The notes under the pieces: model-generated
Told to the model about the DNA's origin: nothing
Database searches by the model: none
What the model saw: only the letters and a program-made list of their open reading frames with translations
Shown: one piece after another, positions 1 to 9,951 of the stretch
Layout: every line of letters starts with the position of its first letter
How positions within the stretch are numbered: position 1 is the stretch's first letter
Made by a program: the position numbers and the translations under genes
Source: Abditibacteriaceae bacterium
GTDB lineage: Bacteria; Armatimonadota; Abditibacteriia; Abditibacteriales; Abditibacteriaceae
Assembly (NCBI GenBank): GCA_965277285.1
Contig: OZ255721.1
Span: 480,001 to 544,000, forward strand
Direction of reading: 5' to 3'
Length of the DNA: 64,000 nucleotides

Positions 1-84
1 AATGGCGCAAAACACCAGGCTGCAAGCCGTATCTGACCGAAGTTCGTAAAGGCACAGATCGTCCAAGGGAAGGAGGTGAAACAA

Positions 85-633
85 TTGGCTAAAGTAACTG
101 AAAGCGTCGAAAACGCGCTCGACTCCTCGTCGCCCAACAAATACGATTCCGAAGAAGCGCGCGAGAACATGGCTTCTATCGATGCTCACATCGTCGACAC
201 AACGCCTGAATCCGCAGCTTCCGACGCCGCATTGGTCACGGCTGCCGATGTCGACAGCCCAAACATCATCATTCCGCAGCCGGAATTAGGTGCTTCGTTG
301 CGCGAGCAACCGTCGGAAAACAACGGCGAGCGCCGCGAAGTCGAAGGTGGCCGCGCTTATGAAATCATTTTCATCACGCGTGCTGGCAATGCCGACGCGA
401 CCGAAGCGTCCATTGGTCGTTTGCGCTCGATGATCGAAACCGATGGCGGTGCGCTCGACAACGTTCGCACCAGCGAAGTGCGCCGTTTGGCGTATGCTAT
501 CAAGCGCGAAATCGAAGGCGTTTACACCGTCGTCAACGCGCGTTTCCAATCGCAACACTTGTCCGAAATCGACCGCTTCTTCAAACTCGAAGAAAGCGTG
601 CTGCGTCACATGATTTTGCGCGAAGAAGCGTAA
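85..633 (+). CDS. rpsF: 30S ribosomal protein S6 with a long acidic N-terminal extension
   Basis: C-terminal ~95 aa is S6-like (RAYEIIFI...RRLAYAIK...EESVLRHMILR); rpsF-ssb-rpsR synteny; AGGAGGT at 71-77 precedes TTG at 85 (ORF track starts at GTG 76). Confidence 0.92.
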   Translation: MAKVTESVENALDSSSPNKYDSEEARENMASIDAHIVDTTPESAASDAALVTAADVDSPNIIIPQPELGASLREQPSENNGERREVEGGRAYEIIFITRAGNADATEASIGRLRSMIETDGGALDNVRTSEVRRLAYAIKREIEGVYTVVNARFQSQHLSEIDRFFKLEESVLRHMILREEA

Positions 634-768
634 AATCGGCGTCCAAAAACGCGTGACGAAAGTTGCAAATCAGAGTAAAATCTGACTGTGTGAAGCTGTG
701 TGCCTTGTCCGGTTCGAGTACTCGATATTGCGTGCTCAAAATTGAGAACCGTCAAGAGAGGAGAAGTT

Positions 769-1470
769 ATGCCGTCGTATAACAGGGTTATTTTGATTGG
801 TCGCCTGACCCGCGAACCCGAACTGAAGTACACCTCGGGCGGATTGGCCGTCACGACGTTTTCGATTGCGGTCGACCGTCGTTTCAAGAACCAGCAGGGC
901 GAACGCCAAACCGATTTTTTCCGTTGCAAAGCATGGCGCCAGAAAGCCGAATTTGTGGCGAACTACGTGACCAAAGGTCGCTTGGTTGCCGTCGATGGCT
1001 CGATTGAAACCAGCGAAGTGACGGGCCAAGACGGACAAAAGCGCTATTTTACCGACATCGTTTGCGAAAACGTGGAGATTCTCGAATCGCAACGCGACAA
1101 TGAAGGCGGCCCAAATGGCGGGCCGGGCGGCGCTCAAGCGGGCGGCAACGCCGGTGGCAATTATGGCGGCGGCAACGCTTCGGGCGGCAACGCAGCGCGC
1201 GGCCAGAACGCTCCGCCAGTCGATGACGGCGGCGGTTATTTCCCCGACGAAGACGCCGCGCCCGCCGCACCGCCAGCCACGCCACGCAACACCGCGAACG
1301 CTCGTCCGCAAGGCAGCAATCAAGGTGGACAAGGCGGCGGGAATGCTGGTGGCAATCAGGGCGGCGCTCGTGGAAATGCGGGTGGTGCAAGCAATCGTCC
1401 GGCGCCCACTCCGGCTCCGGCGTATCCCGAAGACGATTTTGATGACAGCGATCCGTTCGCGGATCAATAA
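769..1470 (+). CDS. ssb: single-stranded DNA-binding protein
   Basis: YNRVILIGRLTREPELKYT OB-fold start, Gly/Asn-rich linker, acidic tail DDFDDSDPFADQ; GAGGAG before ATG 769. Confidence 0.97.
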   Translation: MPSYNRVILIGRLTREPELKYTSGGLAVTTFSIAVDRRFKNQQGERQTDFFRCKAWRQKAEFVANYVTKGRLVAVDGSIETSEVTGQDGQKRYFTDIVCENVEILESQRDNEGGPNGGPGGAQAGGNAGGNYGGGNASGGNAARGQNAPPVDDGGGYFPDEDAAPAAPPATPRNTANARPQGSNQGGQGGGNAGGNQGGARGNAGGASNRPAPTPAPAYPEDDFDDSDPFADQ

Positions 1471-1546
1471 AACAGCGTTTGTCGTTGGTGATTCGAGTAC
1501 TCGATGCTTGAATCACCAACGGTAGACGCTCATTTTGAGGTTTAAG

Positions 1547-1804
1547 ATGCGCATGAATTCATCTCGGCAGAGCGGCAAGCCGCTGAAGCCGAAAAAGAAG
1601 AAACCGCCAGTCAGCGCCGAGGTGCTGGCCAGCGTGGATTATAAAAACGCCTCGACGCTGAAGCGTTTCATCAGCGAGCGCGGCAAAATCGTGGCTCGTC
1701 GCAACACCGGCCTGACCGCCACGCAGCAGCGCAAAGTCGCCGAGCACATCAAGCGCGCTCGCTTCATGGCGCTGTTGCATTACACAGCGGATCAAATTCG
1801 CTAA
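1547..1804 (+). CDS. rpsR: 30S ribosomal protein S18 (no Zn-binding cysteines)
   Basis: VDYKN...[16 protein letters not shown]...[17 protein letters not shown]; follows ssb; GAGG before ATG 1547. Confidence 0.95.
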   Translation: MRMNSSRQSGKPLKPKKKKPPVSAEVLASVDYKNASTLKRFISERGKIVARRNTGLTATQQRKVAEHIKRARFMALLHYTADQIR

Positions 1805-1825
1805 AGTCACAACCTGGTTGAACCT

Positions 1826-1866
1826 CGCGCGGTGCGGAAATTTTCGCACCGCGCGTTTGGTGTTTG
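1826..1866 (+). terminator. probable intrinsic terminator of rpsF-ssb-rpsR
   Basis: CGCGCGGTGCGGAAA/TTTTCGCACCGCGCG hairpin followed by T-rich sequence. Confidence 0.7.
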
Positions 1867-1970
1867 TTGTCACTGTTTGGAAACCGGTGATGAAGAATCG
1901 AGTACTCGATAGCAGTTCTCTATTCTTCACAAGATGATCGTGTTTCATAACACGGTGCAGGAGCAAAATT

Positions 1971-2363
1971 ATGAATTACAAAGCGAAGTTGGCGGACGGG
2001 CAGCAAGTGCTGGTCGAGAACGAAAATGGACAAACGCACATCACGCTGCACAGCGGCGATGACGGGCAGAAGCAGAGCCAGGGCAACAGTTTTCAGACTG
2101 GCGAATGGTCGAAAACACCGGTTTTATCCAAGACGAAAAACGGTTTCGTGCTACAAATCGAAGCCGATGGAAAGTCGCGGTATTTCCGTTTGCAGCAGAG
2201 CAGTATCGATCAACTCGATAATGCACCGGAACTGAACGATGCCGAAAACGTGTCGCTCGAAAAAGCCTCGGACGAAGACATCGCCAAATCCAATCCCAAA
2301 CCGATGGAACCCATGAAGCCGATGGAACCAATGAAGCCCATGTCGCCAATGAAACCGATGTAA
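1971..2363 (+). CDS. hypothetical protein with C-terminal (PMxPMK)n Met/Pro repeats
   Basis: 130-aa ORF with AGGAG RBS; tail PMEPMKPMEPMKPMSPMKPM. Confidence 0.8.
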   Translation: MNYKAKLADGQQVLVENENGQTHITLHSGDDGQKQSQGNSFQTGEWSKTPVLSKTKNGFVLQIEADGKSRYFRLQQSSIDQLDNAPELNDAENVSLEKASDEDIAKSNPKPMEPMKPMEPMKPMSPMKPM

Positions 2364-2469
2364 GCCAACGAGAGCGGCGCAAATAAGCGTGGACAAAGGA
2401 TGCAAAACGCTGAAGTCGTGGCATCGCAAGCGTCAGCCTGAACAATTCGATTCGTGGCTTGGGTCTGAT

Positions 2470-2604
2470 ATGTTGTGGCGCCCGCCCCTGAAGGAGCGGG
2501 CTAAGCCAGCAAGGCCGCTAAAGCGGCCTCCAATACGGAGTATCAGTCCCATTTATGGGGCTTCGTTTGTCAGCCCGCTCCTTCAGGGGCGGGCGCCACA
2601 ACAT
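2470..2604. repeat. REP-like inverted repeat pair (ATGTTGTGGCGCCCGCCCCTGAAGGAGCGGGCT arms)
   Basis: ~33-bp perfect inverted arms around a ~70-bp spacer. Confidence 0.8.
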
Positions 2605-2630
2605 CGCAGAACTCATTTGTATTGTCGTTG

Positions 2631-2785
2631 GTAGTGGCTCAGGTGATGAGGTAGATCGAACTATGAAAGAAAGAACCCCGAGCGTCAGCGATGGGTGAAA
2701 CGTAAGAGTTTTATTCATCTTCTGCATTTCACCCGTCGCTGACGCTCGGGGTTCTTTTCATCGATTCACTCGATTGAGCTATTAC
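2631..2785 (+). repeat. MITE/REPIN-like nested-hairpin element, family A, copy 1
   Basis: inner arms AAAGAACCCCGAGCGTCAGCGAYGGGTGAAA (2670-2700 / 2727-2757) and outer GTAGTGGCTCA...TGAGCTATTAC; similar copies at 14582-14731 and 48226-48377. Confidence 0.8.
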
Positions 2786-2883
2786 CCTGTCGTTTGAAAT
2801 CTTTGTCTTTTTAAGCCAGAAAACAACTATCGAGTACTCGATAGTTGCTGTAGCATTTTGTGAATTGGCGTTTTAATTTTCTC

Positions 2884-5800
2884 ATGCACTTGCTCGATCT
2901 TCTTCAACAAAACGCGACGTTATGCGACGCGGCGCAAAGCCTCAAGCCAAAAAGCGTTGTCGCGTTGTCCAAAGTTCCGTCCGCCAGTTGGGGCACGATT
3001 GCGGCGTTTTTGCAGCGCGAAAGCAAAGCGACAACGTTTGTCATCGCGCCCGATGGCGAAACGGCGGAACGCTGCGCCAACGATTTGCGCGCGCTCCTCG
3101 ACGAAGAAAGCGAACGCAACTCGCGCGTTTTGTTTTTCCCGACGCCCGAACGCATCGGCGACGAAAGCGACCTTTCCGCCACGCGCGAACGTTTGGGAAC
3201 GCTGGACGCTTTGCACAACGAGCAAGCTGTGATTGTCGTGACAACGGCGAAATCGCTGTCGCACCCGACGTTGCCGCCAGACGAACTCAAGCATGGCTAC
3301 GACGAGATCAAAACCGGACAAGCACTGGAGCGCGACGCTTTTCTGGAGCATCTGGCGAGCACGGGATTTGAGCGCGTCGAGGAAGTCGAGCAAGGCGGGC
3401 AGTTCGCCGGACGCGGCGGCATCATCGACTTTTTTCCGCCCGCCAGCCCGAGCGCGATTCGCCTCGAATTGTGGGGCGATGAGGTCGATTCACTGCGTTT
3501 TTTCGATGTCGGAACGCAACGTTCGACCGAAAAAGTTCAAAGTGTGCGCTTGACGCCGCCGCGAGAAGTCTATTTGTCGCGCGAAAAAGGTGCGAAAATC
3601 GCCGCGCATTTGCAAGATTTATTGGACGAACAAAGTGCAAATATCAAAGATGTGGACATTGCGGAACATTTGCGCGAAGTCGTCGGGCGCGACATCGAGC
3701 GTTTGCGCGACGCGACGTATTTTACGGGTTTGGATCGTTATCGCGCGCTGCTTTATCCCGAACGCCCGACGCTGCTGGAACATTTGCCCAAAGACGCCGC
3801 AATTATTTGGTGTGACCCGAATCGCGCCTTGTCGCAGATCAATCGAGTACTCGAAGACGAAGAACGCAGCGCCGATTTGAACCAAGAAGAAGGCGCCGCC
3901 TTGCGCTTGCCGCCCGTCGCCTGCGATTACGACACCTTGCGCGAACGTTCCGCGAAGTTCGCACAAGTCGAATTGCATCTGGCGGGCGAAGTTCCCGCGC
4001 AACGCGGCGTTCGAGTACTCGAAATGCCGCTGTCGCTGCCGCCAACATTCAGCGGAAAACTGGATCAACTGCTCGATTACGTGCGCACGCAGCAAAACCA
4101 CAACGCAATGATCGTGTTGTCTTCGGCGCACAGTCGTCGCGCCCGCGAAATCATGGCCGATGGCGGCATTCGTCACGTTCATTTGCTCGACAGCATCAAC
4201 GAAACGCAACCCAGTTTGGTCTTGGTCATGCCGCAACGCTTGAGTTCCGGCTTTGAAATCGAGATCGCGCCAATTGAAGCGGAAAATTCAAAATTAAAAG
4301 TTAAGAATTTAAAATTGGTCGTCCTCACCGACGCCGAAATGTTCGGTTGGCAGCGCGTGCAGCCGCACCAGATTCGCAAGAAGCGCAAGACGCAATCGAG
4401 TACTCGAAGCGGCTCGGCACTGACCAACTTGAGCGAACTGAAAGAAGGCGATTTCGTGGTTCACATCAGTCACGGCATCGCGCGTTATGGCGGCGTGGTG
4501 CGACAGGAAATCGCCGGCGCCATCAACGATTATCTGGCTTTGGAATACGAAGGCAAAGATCGTCTTTACGTTCCGGTCGGTCAGCTTGATCGTGTTCAAA
4601 AGTACCTGGGAACGGACGCTTCTCCGCCGCCTTTATCGAACTTGAAAAGCGGCAACTGGGAAAAAACCAAGAAGAAAGTGCGCGAGGAAACGATTGCTGT
4701 GGCGCGCCAATTGTCGGAACTTTACGCGGCGCGCGAGCAGGCGCACAAAGACCCGATTGCGCCCGATTCGCCGTGGCAGCGCGAAATGGAAGCCGCTTTC
4801 CCTTATGAAGAAACCGCGGGACAATTGCAGGCGATTGAAGACACGAAATCCGATCTTGAATCGGACAAACCGATGGACAGATTGGTCTGCGGTGATGTCG
4901 GTTACGGCAAAACCGAAGTCGCCATTCGCGCCGCGTTCAAGGTCGTGCAAGATGGCAAACAGGTCGCGGTTTTAGTTCCGACGACGGTTTTGGCGCAGCA
5001 GCATTACCAGACTTTCAGCGAACGATTGGCGGCTTATCCGACGCGCGTCGAAGTGATTTCGCGTTTTCGCACGCCAGGCGAAATCAAGAAAGTCATCGAA
5101 GATGTGAAGATGGGCGCCGTCGATATTCTGGTTGGCACGCATCGTTTGGTGCAAAAAGATGTCGTGTTCCGCGATCTGGGCTTGGTCATTGTCGATGAAG
5201 AGCAGCGTTTCGGCGTGATGCAGAAAGAACGCTTGAAAGAGTTGCGCAAGGAAGTCGATATTCTGACGCTGTCCGCGACGCCGATTCCGCGCACCTTGCA
5301 CTTCGCTTTAGGCGGCTTGCGCGAAATGTCGCTCATCTCCGATCCGCCACTGGGACGCTTGCCAGTGCGCACCGTGGTTTCACCGATGCGCGATGACATT
5401 GTGCGCCAGGCGATTGAGCGCGAACTGGAGCGCGACGGTCAGGTTTATTACGTTCACAATCGCATTTCGAGCATTCATCACGTCGCGGAACACATTCGCA
5501 AACTCGTCCCGCGCGCGCGCATCGGCATCGGTCACGGGCAAATGGGCGATGAAGAACTCGAACAAGTGATGCTCGATTTCATGCACGGGCGCAGCGACAT
5601 TTTGCTTTCGACAACCATCATCGAAAACGGTTTGGATTTGCCGAACGTTAATACTTTGATCGTTGACCGCGCCGAACTTCTGGGCTTGAGCCAGATGTAT
5701 CAATTGCGTGGTCGCGTCGGTCGCAGTTCGCGCCAGGGTTACGCCTATTTCTTTCATGGCGCGCGCGGCAAACTGACCGAAACTTCCGAAGGTCGTTTCG

Positions 5801-6534
5801 CCGCGATGCAGGAGTTCACCGACCTGGGCGCCGGTTTCAAAATCGCCATGCGCGACTTGGAAATTCGCGGCGCTGGTGACTTGTTGGGCGTGAAGCAAAG
5901 CGGCGGCATCGCGCAGGTCGGCTTCGAGATGTACACCGAAATGCTATCCGAAGCCGTGCAGAAATTGAAGCGCGAACCGAAAGTTTTCGTGCCGCGCAAA
6001 ATCGAACTGCCCGAAGTCGATTTGCCGGTTCCGGCGTTTCTGCCCGACGATTACGTGAAGGACGAGCGCGACCGCTTGAACCTTTACCGCAAGATGGCGA
6101 ACGCGCAAAGCGTGGAAGACGCCGACAGTTTGCGCGAAGAATTGCGCGACCGCTTTGGCGCCCTGCCGCAACCCGCCTTCAACCTGATTCGAGTACTCAA
6201 ATTGCGCGTCTGGCTCTTGCAAGCGCGTTTGCGCGGCATCTCGAAAACCGAAAGCGAAGTGCTGATTCGCCTGCAACCCGGCGACAAGTTCCACGACGAA
6301 GACACGTCCGCCGTTTACGCCAAACTGCAGAAATCGTTCGACCACCGCGCCTTGCACAACGTCAGTTTGCGCTCGCGTGAAGGTATTGCGATCGACACGC
6401 GCGTGCTTTCACCGTCGCAACTGATACGCATGGTCGAAGAAACCTGCGAGACATTAGCAACGATTCGCGGCGCTCGGTTTTTAGCGATGAGCCTGAGCGA
6501 CAGCGACGACCTTGCTAAAATTCCTTCGCGGTAA
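2884..6534 (+). CDS. mfd: transcription-repair coupling factor
   Basis: UvrB-homology N-terminus, CarD-like RID (GDFVVHISHGIARY), CGDVGYGKTEVA Walker A, DEEQRFG, QLRGRVGRS, DLEIRGAG, TRCF C-terminus. Confidence 0.98.
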   Translation: MHLLDLLQQNATLCDAAQSLKPKSVVALSKVPSASWGTIAAFLQRESKATTFVIAPDGETAERCANDLRALLDEESERNSRVLFFPTPERIGDESDLSATRERLGTLDALHNEQAVIVVTTAKSLSHPTLPPDELKHGYDEIKTGQALERDAFLEHLASTGFERVEEVEQGGQFAGRGGIIDFFPPASPSAIRLELWGDEVDSLRFFDVGTQRSTEKVQSVRLTPPREVYLSREKGAKIAAHLQDLLDEQSANIKDVDIAEHLREVVGRDIERLRDATYFTGLDRYRALLYPERPTLLEHLPKDAAIIWCDPNRALSQINRVLEDEERSADLNQEEGAALRLPPVACDYDTLRERSAKFAQVELHLAGEVPAQRGVRVLEMPLSLPPTFSGKLDQLLDYVRTQQNHNAMIVLSSAHSRRAREIMADGGIRHVHLLDSINETQPSLVLVMPQRLSSGFEIEIAPIEAENSKLKVKNLKLVVLTDAEMFGWQRVQPHQIRKKRKTQSSTRSGSALTNLSELKEGDFVVHISHGIARYGGVVRQEIAGAINDYLALEYEGKDRLYVPVGQLDRVQKYLGTDASPPPLSNLKSGNWEKTKKKVREETIAVARQLSELYAAREQAHKDPIAPDSPWQREMEAAFPYEETAGQLQAIEDTKSDLESDKPMDRLVCGDVGYGKTEVAIRAAFKVVQDGKQVAVLVPTTVLAQQHYQTFSERLAAYPTRVEVISRFRTPGEIKKVIEDVKMGAVDILVGTHRLVQKDVVFRDLGLVIVDEEQRFGVMQKERLKELRKEVDILTLSATPIPRTLHFALGGLREMSLISDPPLGRLPVRTVVSPMRDDIVRQAIERELERDGQVYYVHNRISSIHHVAEHIRKLVPRARIGIGHGQMGDEELEQVMLDFMHGRSDILLSTTIIENGLDLPNVNTLIVDRAELLGLSQMYQLRGRVGRSSRQGYAYFFHGARGKLTETSEGRFAAMQEFTDLGAGFKIAMRDLEIRGAGDLLGVKQSGGIAQVGFEMYTEMLSEAVQKLKREPKVFVPRKIELPEVDLPVPAFLPDDYVKDERDRLNLYRKMANAQSVEDADSLREELRDRFGALPQPAFNLIRVLKLRVWLLQARLRGISKTESEVLIRLQPGDKFHDEDTSAVYAKLQKSFDHRALHNVSLRSREGIAIDTRVLSPSQLIRMVEETCETLATIRGARFLAMSLSDSDDLAKIPSR

Positions 6535-6730
6535 AACCCCTCTTTAACCGGAGTTATATCGCATTGTTGCATACGGTATAACACGCACAATGACCGCAAT
6601 CGAGTACTCGATTGTACAAGTTTGATCGACTATTGTTATAAGTTTCTGAGAACGCGACAATAATGCGGTAGAATAAGTAGTTGTGCCGACGCGCCCGCTT
6701 TGCTGGTGCCAGAACTGATATAGTCAAAGT

Positions 6731-7105
6731 ATGTCGCTGGATTTTCATTCTCAAGAGGACACGTTTTGTGAACCGGAAAACTACATAGCGTATTGCGAGA
6801 TGGAGCCTTCATCACTTCAACTGCTCGACCGCTTTGAGTTGGGAGAATACGACAAACTGAGGCCCTGGGTTGAGTTATGCAACAGTCAAGGTATCAAAGT
6901 TGGCGGCTTCTTCGATGACACCGTATTGAGGCACCACCAACTTCCTCAAACCCTCGCAAACCTTCGCCAATGTTTCGGGCACATCGCGCAGAGACGGCCT
7001 TTCGTTCATTCGAGCAAAACACAATACGATGCCGCCTCCCGAATGGTTGTAGTTTTGGAGACAGCTATCGAGCAGCAGCGGGGCGTCATCGCGTTCTGCG
7101 ATTAA
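6731..7105 (+). CDS. cassette 1 hypothetical protein
   Basis: 124-aa ORF between core site GTTGTGC (6680) and attC at 7120. Confidence 0.7.
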   Translation: MSLDFHSQEDTFCEPENYIAYCEMEPSSLQLLDRFELGEYDKLRPWVELCNSQGIKVGGFFDDTVLRHHQLPQTLANLRQCFGHIAQRRPFVHSSKTQYDAASRMVVVLETAIEQQRGVIAFCD

Positions 7106-7119
7106 GCCGACCAACATCG

Positions 7120-7206
7120 GCACAACAAGACGATGCACCCGACCGCCTACAGCTCCGCTCGTTCCTCGCTCCGGCTTCCGGCGGCGGGTGAGCTTAGTCG
7201 TTGTGT
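7120..7206 (+). other. attC site 1
   Basis: GCACAAC-AAGACGATGCACCCGACCGCC...GGCGGCGGGTGAGCTTAGTC-GTTGTGT; imperfect palindrome. Confidence 0.88.
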
Positions 7207-7266
7207 TGATGCGCGCAGCTTCATGGAAATTCCAACTGTTAGAATACAGAACGGAGGAAAATTACA

Positions 7267-7587
7267 ATGCTCGGAAGTCGTGGAAAAGGCAAACGTCGCG
7301 TGCCTTGGCGAGACGGTGGCGCGCATAAACAGAAACGCCTCGAATGGCGCAAACAAGCTATGCACTCAGTTAATGATATTTCAGAACTGGGCGAGCCACT
7401 TGTGTCATTAACTTACAGCGGCGAATGGGGACAAACAGCAGCCGTCAAGATTTATAAGTTTGACCAGAAGATTGCCAAAACTGGAATCCGCTATCATGCA
7501 GAATATCTTGGTTGGTGGGTTGGCTTCACGATTCGAGTACTCGATGAACACGCGAAAAAGGTTCAAAGACTCATTGACGAGATGTAA
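7267..7587 (+). CDS. cassette 2 hypothetical protein
   Basis: 106-aa ORF with GGAGG RBS at 7253-7257, between two attC sites. Confidence 0.65.
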   Translation: MLGSRGKGKRRVPWRDGGAHKQKRLEWRKQAMHSVNDISELGEPLVSLTYSGEWGQTAAVKIYKFDQKIAKTGIRYHAEYLGWWVGFTIRVLDEHAKKVQRLIDEM

Positions 7588-7608
7588 AGGCGTCACACTC
7601 AAACATCA

Positions 7609-7719
7609 ACACAACAAGGCGCTGCACCCGACCGCCTACAGCCTGCGCTTTGGTCGTTCCTCTCATCGCTTCCTCCTATCGCTTCGGCTTTCGGCAGCAA
7701 GTGAGCTTGGTCGTTAGCC
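7609..7719 (+). other. attC site 2
   Basis: ACACAAC-AAGGCGCTGCACCCGACCGCC...GTGAGCTTGGTC-GTTAGCC. Confidence 0.88.
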
Positions 7720-7752
7720 TGCCGACGCGCAGCTTGAATATACCCTATACTT

Positions 7753-8244
7753 TTGATCATGGATAATGTTCAGAAATGGATAAAATTTTATAATAGCCCT
7801 AACATTGAAGTTCAGATGAGGGCGCTTGAAAGCATCGTCAATATAGATGATAAGCGTATTCTTCCGACCCTGCTGGACGCACTACCTCTATTTGGGCATC
7901 ATGGTTTCGGTGAGCAGATTGTTCAAGCACTGAGGAGAAACCACGACGAATCTGTAGTCGAACCTTTAATTCTTCTGCTCGATCACCCGAATCCGTCTAC
8001 AGTTGCAGGGGCTTGCAGGGCATTGGGCTACATAGGTGATAAAAAAGCCACTAAACCAGTACTCAATTGCTTAAATCATCCTACGCATTTTGTACAAATC
8101 GCTGCTGCTTACGCTTTCGCCAATCAAAATTTGGTTGATCCTGAAGCTGCGCCCTATTTAAAGGAAAAATTACGGGCGACCGATGAGGCCAATGTTAATA
8201 TCCCTATCACCTGGGCGCTGCGTCGACTCCAAGAAGAAAGCTGA
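7753..8244 (+). CDS. cassette 3 HEAT-repeat protein
   Basis: HEAT/PBS-lyase-like repeats (VEPLILLLDHPNPSTVAGACRALGYIGD). Confidence 0.8.
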   Translation: MIMDNVQKWIKFYNSPNIEVQMRALESIVNIDDKRILPTLLDALPLFGHHGFGEQIVQALRRNHDESVVEPLILLLDHPNPSTVAGACRALGYIGDKKATKPVLNCLNHPTHFVQIAAAYAFANQNLVDPEAAPYLKEKLRATDEANVNIPITWALRRLQEES

Positions 8245-8263
8245 AATGCTTCAATTAACAAGC

Positions 8264-8362
8264 GCACAACAAAGCGCTGCGCCCGACCGCTGACAGCCTG
8301 TGCTTTGGTCGCAAGCTCCCGTCGCTTCGGCTTCCGGCGGCGGGTGAGATTAGTCGTTCTAC
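8264..8362 (+). other. attC site 3
   Basis: GCACAAC-AAAGCGCTGCGCCCGACCGC...GGCGGCGGGTGAGATTAGTC-GTTCTAC. Confidence 0.85.
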
Positions 8363-8434
8363 CCTTGCGCGCGCGGTGTAACTGAAACTGATACGCCTGA
8401 TATAATTACGGCGAGAAGCAAAGGGAGAAAGCGA

Positions 8435-8875
8435 ATGCCGACCAAAAACCAAAAGCCCAAGGGATTTACAGACGAGGAACAAGCCGCAATGAAGGAGCGC
8501 GCCAAAGAGATGAAGGCGGAAGAACGCGCGAACAAGAGCAAGGCGGAAGAGGAAAGCGACGTGCTTGCGAAAATTGCCGAGATGCCGGAACCGGATCGCG
8601 CCATTGCCACGCGGCTCCATGAGATTATCAAGGCCAGCGCGCCAAATCTTTCGGCGAAAACTTGGTACGGAATGCCCGCATATACCAAAGATGGCAAGGT
8701 CGTCTGCTTTTTTCAAAGCGCACAGAAGTTCAACACGAGGTATGCAACACTCGGTTTCAACGAAACGGCGAACCTTGACGAAGGCGCCATGTGGCCGACC
8801 GCCTTCGCTTTGAAAGAGTTGACTACCGCCGAAGAGTTAAGGATCAGATCGCTCGTGGAGAAAGCGGTGAGTTGA
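8435..8875 (+). CDS. cassette 4 DUF1801/YdhG-like protein
   Basis: [34 protein letters not shown]...MWPTAFAL matches the DUF1801 (iron-chaperone-like) pattern as I recall it. Confidence 0.85.
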   Translation: MPTKNQKPKGFTDEEQAAMKERAKEMKAEERANKSKAEEESDVLAKIAEMPEPDRAIATRLHEIIKASAPNLSAKTWYGMPAYTKDGKVVCFFQSAQKFNTRYATLGFNETANLDEGAMWPTAFALKELTTAEELRIRSLVEKAVS

Positions 8876-8913
8876 GAAATAGCCTTGCTTCTCCGCACCA
8901 CCGACGAACAGCG

Positions 8914-9017
8914 GGTTAACAAGGCACCGCACCCGACTGCTCGCAGATTCGTTTTCTCCGCTCCTTCCTCGTTTCGCTTTCTGCGCTTACGGCGGCGGGT
9001 GGGATTATTCGTTGTGC
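8914..9017 (+). other. attC site 4
   Basis: GGTTAAC-AAGGCACCGCACCCGACTGC...GGCGGCGGGTGGGATTATTC-GTTGTGC. Confidence 0.82.
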
Positions 9018-9048
9018 TGCGTGCGCGGCTTCGCTATAAACTGAAATA

Positions 9049-9543
9049 ATGAAAACCTTGGCGATTCCTAACACCGAATACGGCGAAGATGCTATTGATG
9101 ACCGACAGATCAGGGATTTTGTCAGGTATTGGATTGGCTTGCTTGCCGAGCAGAAATACGACGAGGCGATAGATTTGCTTTTGCCTGAAATCCCGCGTGC
9201 GTCTCGTTCGATTCGTTCAAACGAGGCGGCAGAATGGACGCCAGAACTGTTGGAGGCCGTCGTTGCCAATTACGGCACGCCGGAACCCCAGGAAGGACAA
9301 GACCAACTCTACAAGGTTGTTCCGATGGATGATTTGCTTCTCGAGGAGTTTAGGTCGAATCTTGATGTTGATCTTTGCCCATCCGGAACGTTGGGCAAAA
9401 ACTATTTAGGAGATATGCATGCTCATTTGCCTCTCAATTATAAAAACGGGAATGCTGTCGGTAGCTTAGTAGCGAAATTCTTTTTTCAGCGCGTCAGCAA
9501 AGATGAAATGGCTTTGGTTTTGGTTGACATCCATACGTTATAA
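9049..9543 (+). CDS. cassette 5 hypothetical protein
   Basis: 164-aa ORF starting ~30 bp after attC4. Confidence 0.7.
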   Translation: MKTLAIPNTEYGEDAIDDRQIRDFVRYWIGLLAEQKYDEAIDLLLPEIPRASRSIRSNEAAEWTPELLEAVVANYGTPEPQEGQDQLYKVVPMDDLLLEEFRSNLDVDLCPSGTLGKNYLGDMHAHLPLNYKNGNAVGSLVAKFFFQRVSKDEMALVLVDIHTL

Positions 9544-9585
9544 ATCATAATTCGCATCGTGTAAATTTTAGAAAGTGAGGTTGAT

Positions 9586-9951
9586 ATGGCTCAATTCAAA
9601 ATCGTTCATCCTGTTCTTCCCGCCAGAAACGTTAGCGACGCTGTTCGATATTACACGGAAAAGTTAGGTTTCCACTTGACTTTCCAAGATGATGAGGCTG
9701 CCCCAAAATATGCTGGCGTGGATCGTGATGGCGTGGTACTGCATCTTCAATGGCACGACGAGAAGGACTTTGACAAAGTCGAGAGATCAGGACTTCGCTT
9801 CATGATTGCCGATGTGGACGCACTTTTTGAGGAATATCAGGACAAGGATGTCTTTCATTCCAGAACTGCTTTGCAAGACACGCCCTGGGGAACACGCGAA
9901 TTTGCGTTCTATGACCTCAATGGAAATGGGCTGTTCTTCTGCAATTCGTGA
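9586..9951 (+). CDS. VOC (glyoxalase/bleomycin-resistance) family protein
   Basis: HPVLPARNVSDAVRYYTEKLGF...DTPWGTREFAFYDLNGNGL; GAGG RBS. Confidence 0.9.
   Translation: MAQFKIVHPVLPARNVSDAVRYYTEKLGFHLTFQDDEAAPKYAGVDRDGVVLHLQWHDEKDFDKVERSGLRFMIADVDALFEEYQDKDVFHSRTALQDTPWGTREFAFYDLNGNGLFFCNS

Noticed and set aside
1..84. Possible S6:S18 autoregulatory leader RNA
   Set aside because: Position fits and a weak ATCTG/CAGAT stem exists, but the region is cut by the window edge and I cannot match the motif confidently.
1547..1804. Cys-less S18 as a zinc-starvation paralogue
   Set aside because: It is in the main rpsF-ssb-rpsR operon, and Cys-less S18 is the only form in many bacteria.
7120..9017. 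attC repeats read as CRISPR repeats, terminators or short ORFs (7133-7411, 7460-7717)
   Set aside because: They are 87-111 bp, separate whole genes and carry paired AAC/GTT core sites, which fits attC; the ORFs over them are shadows.
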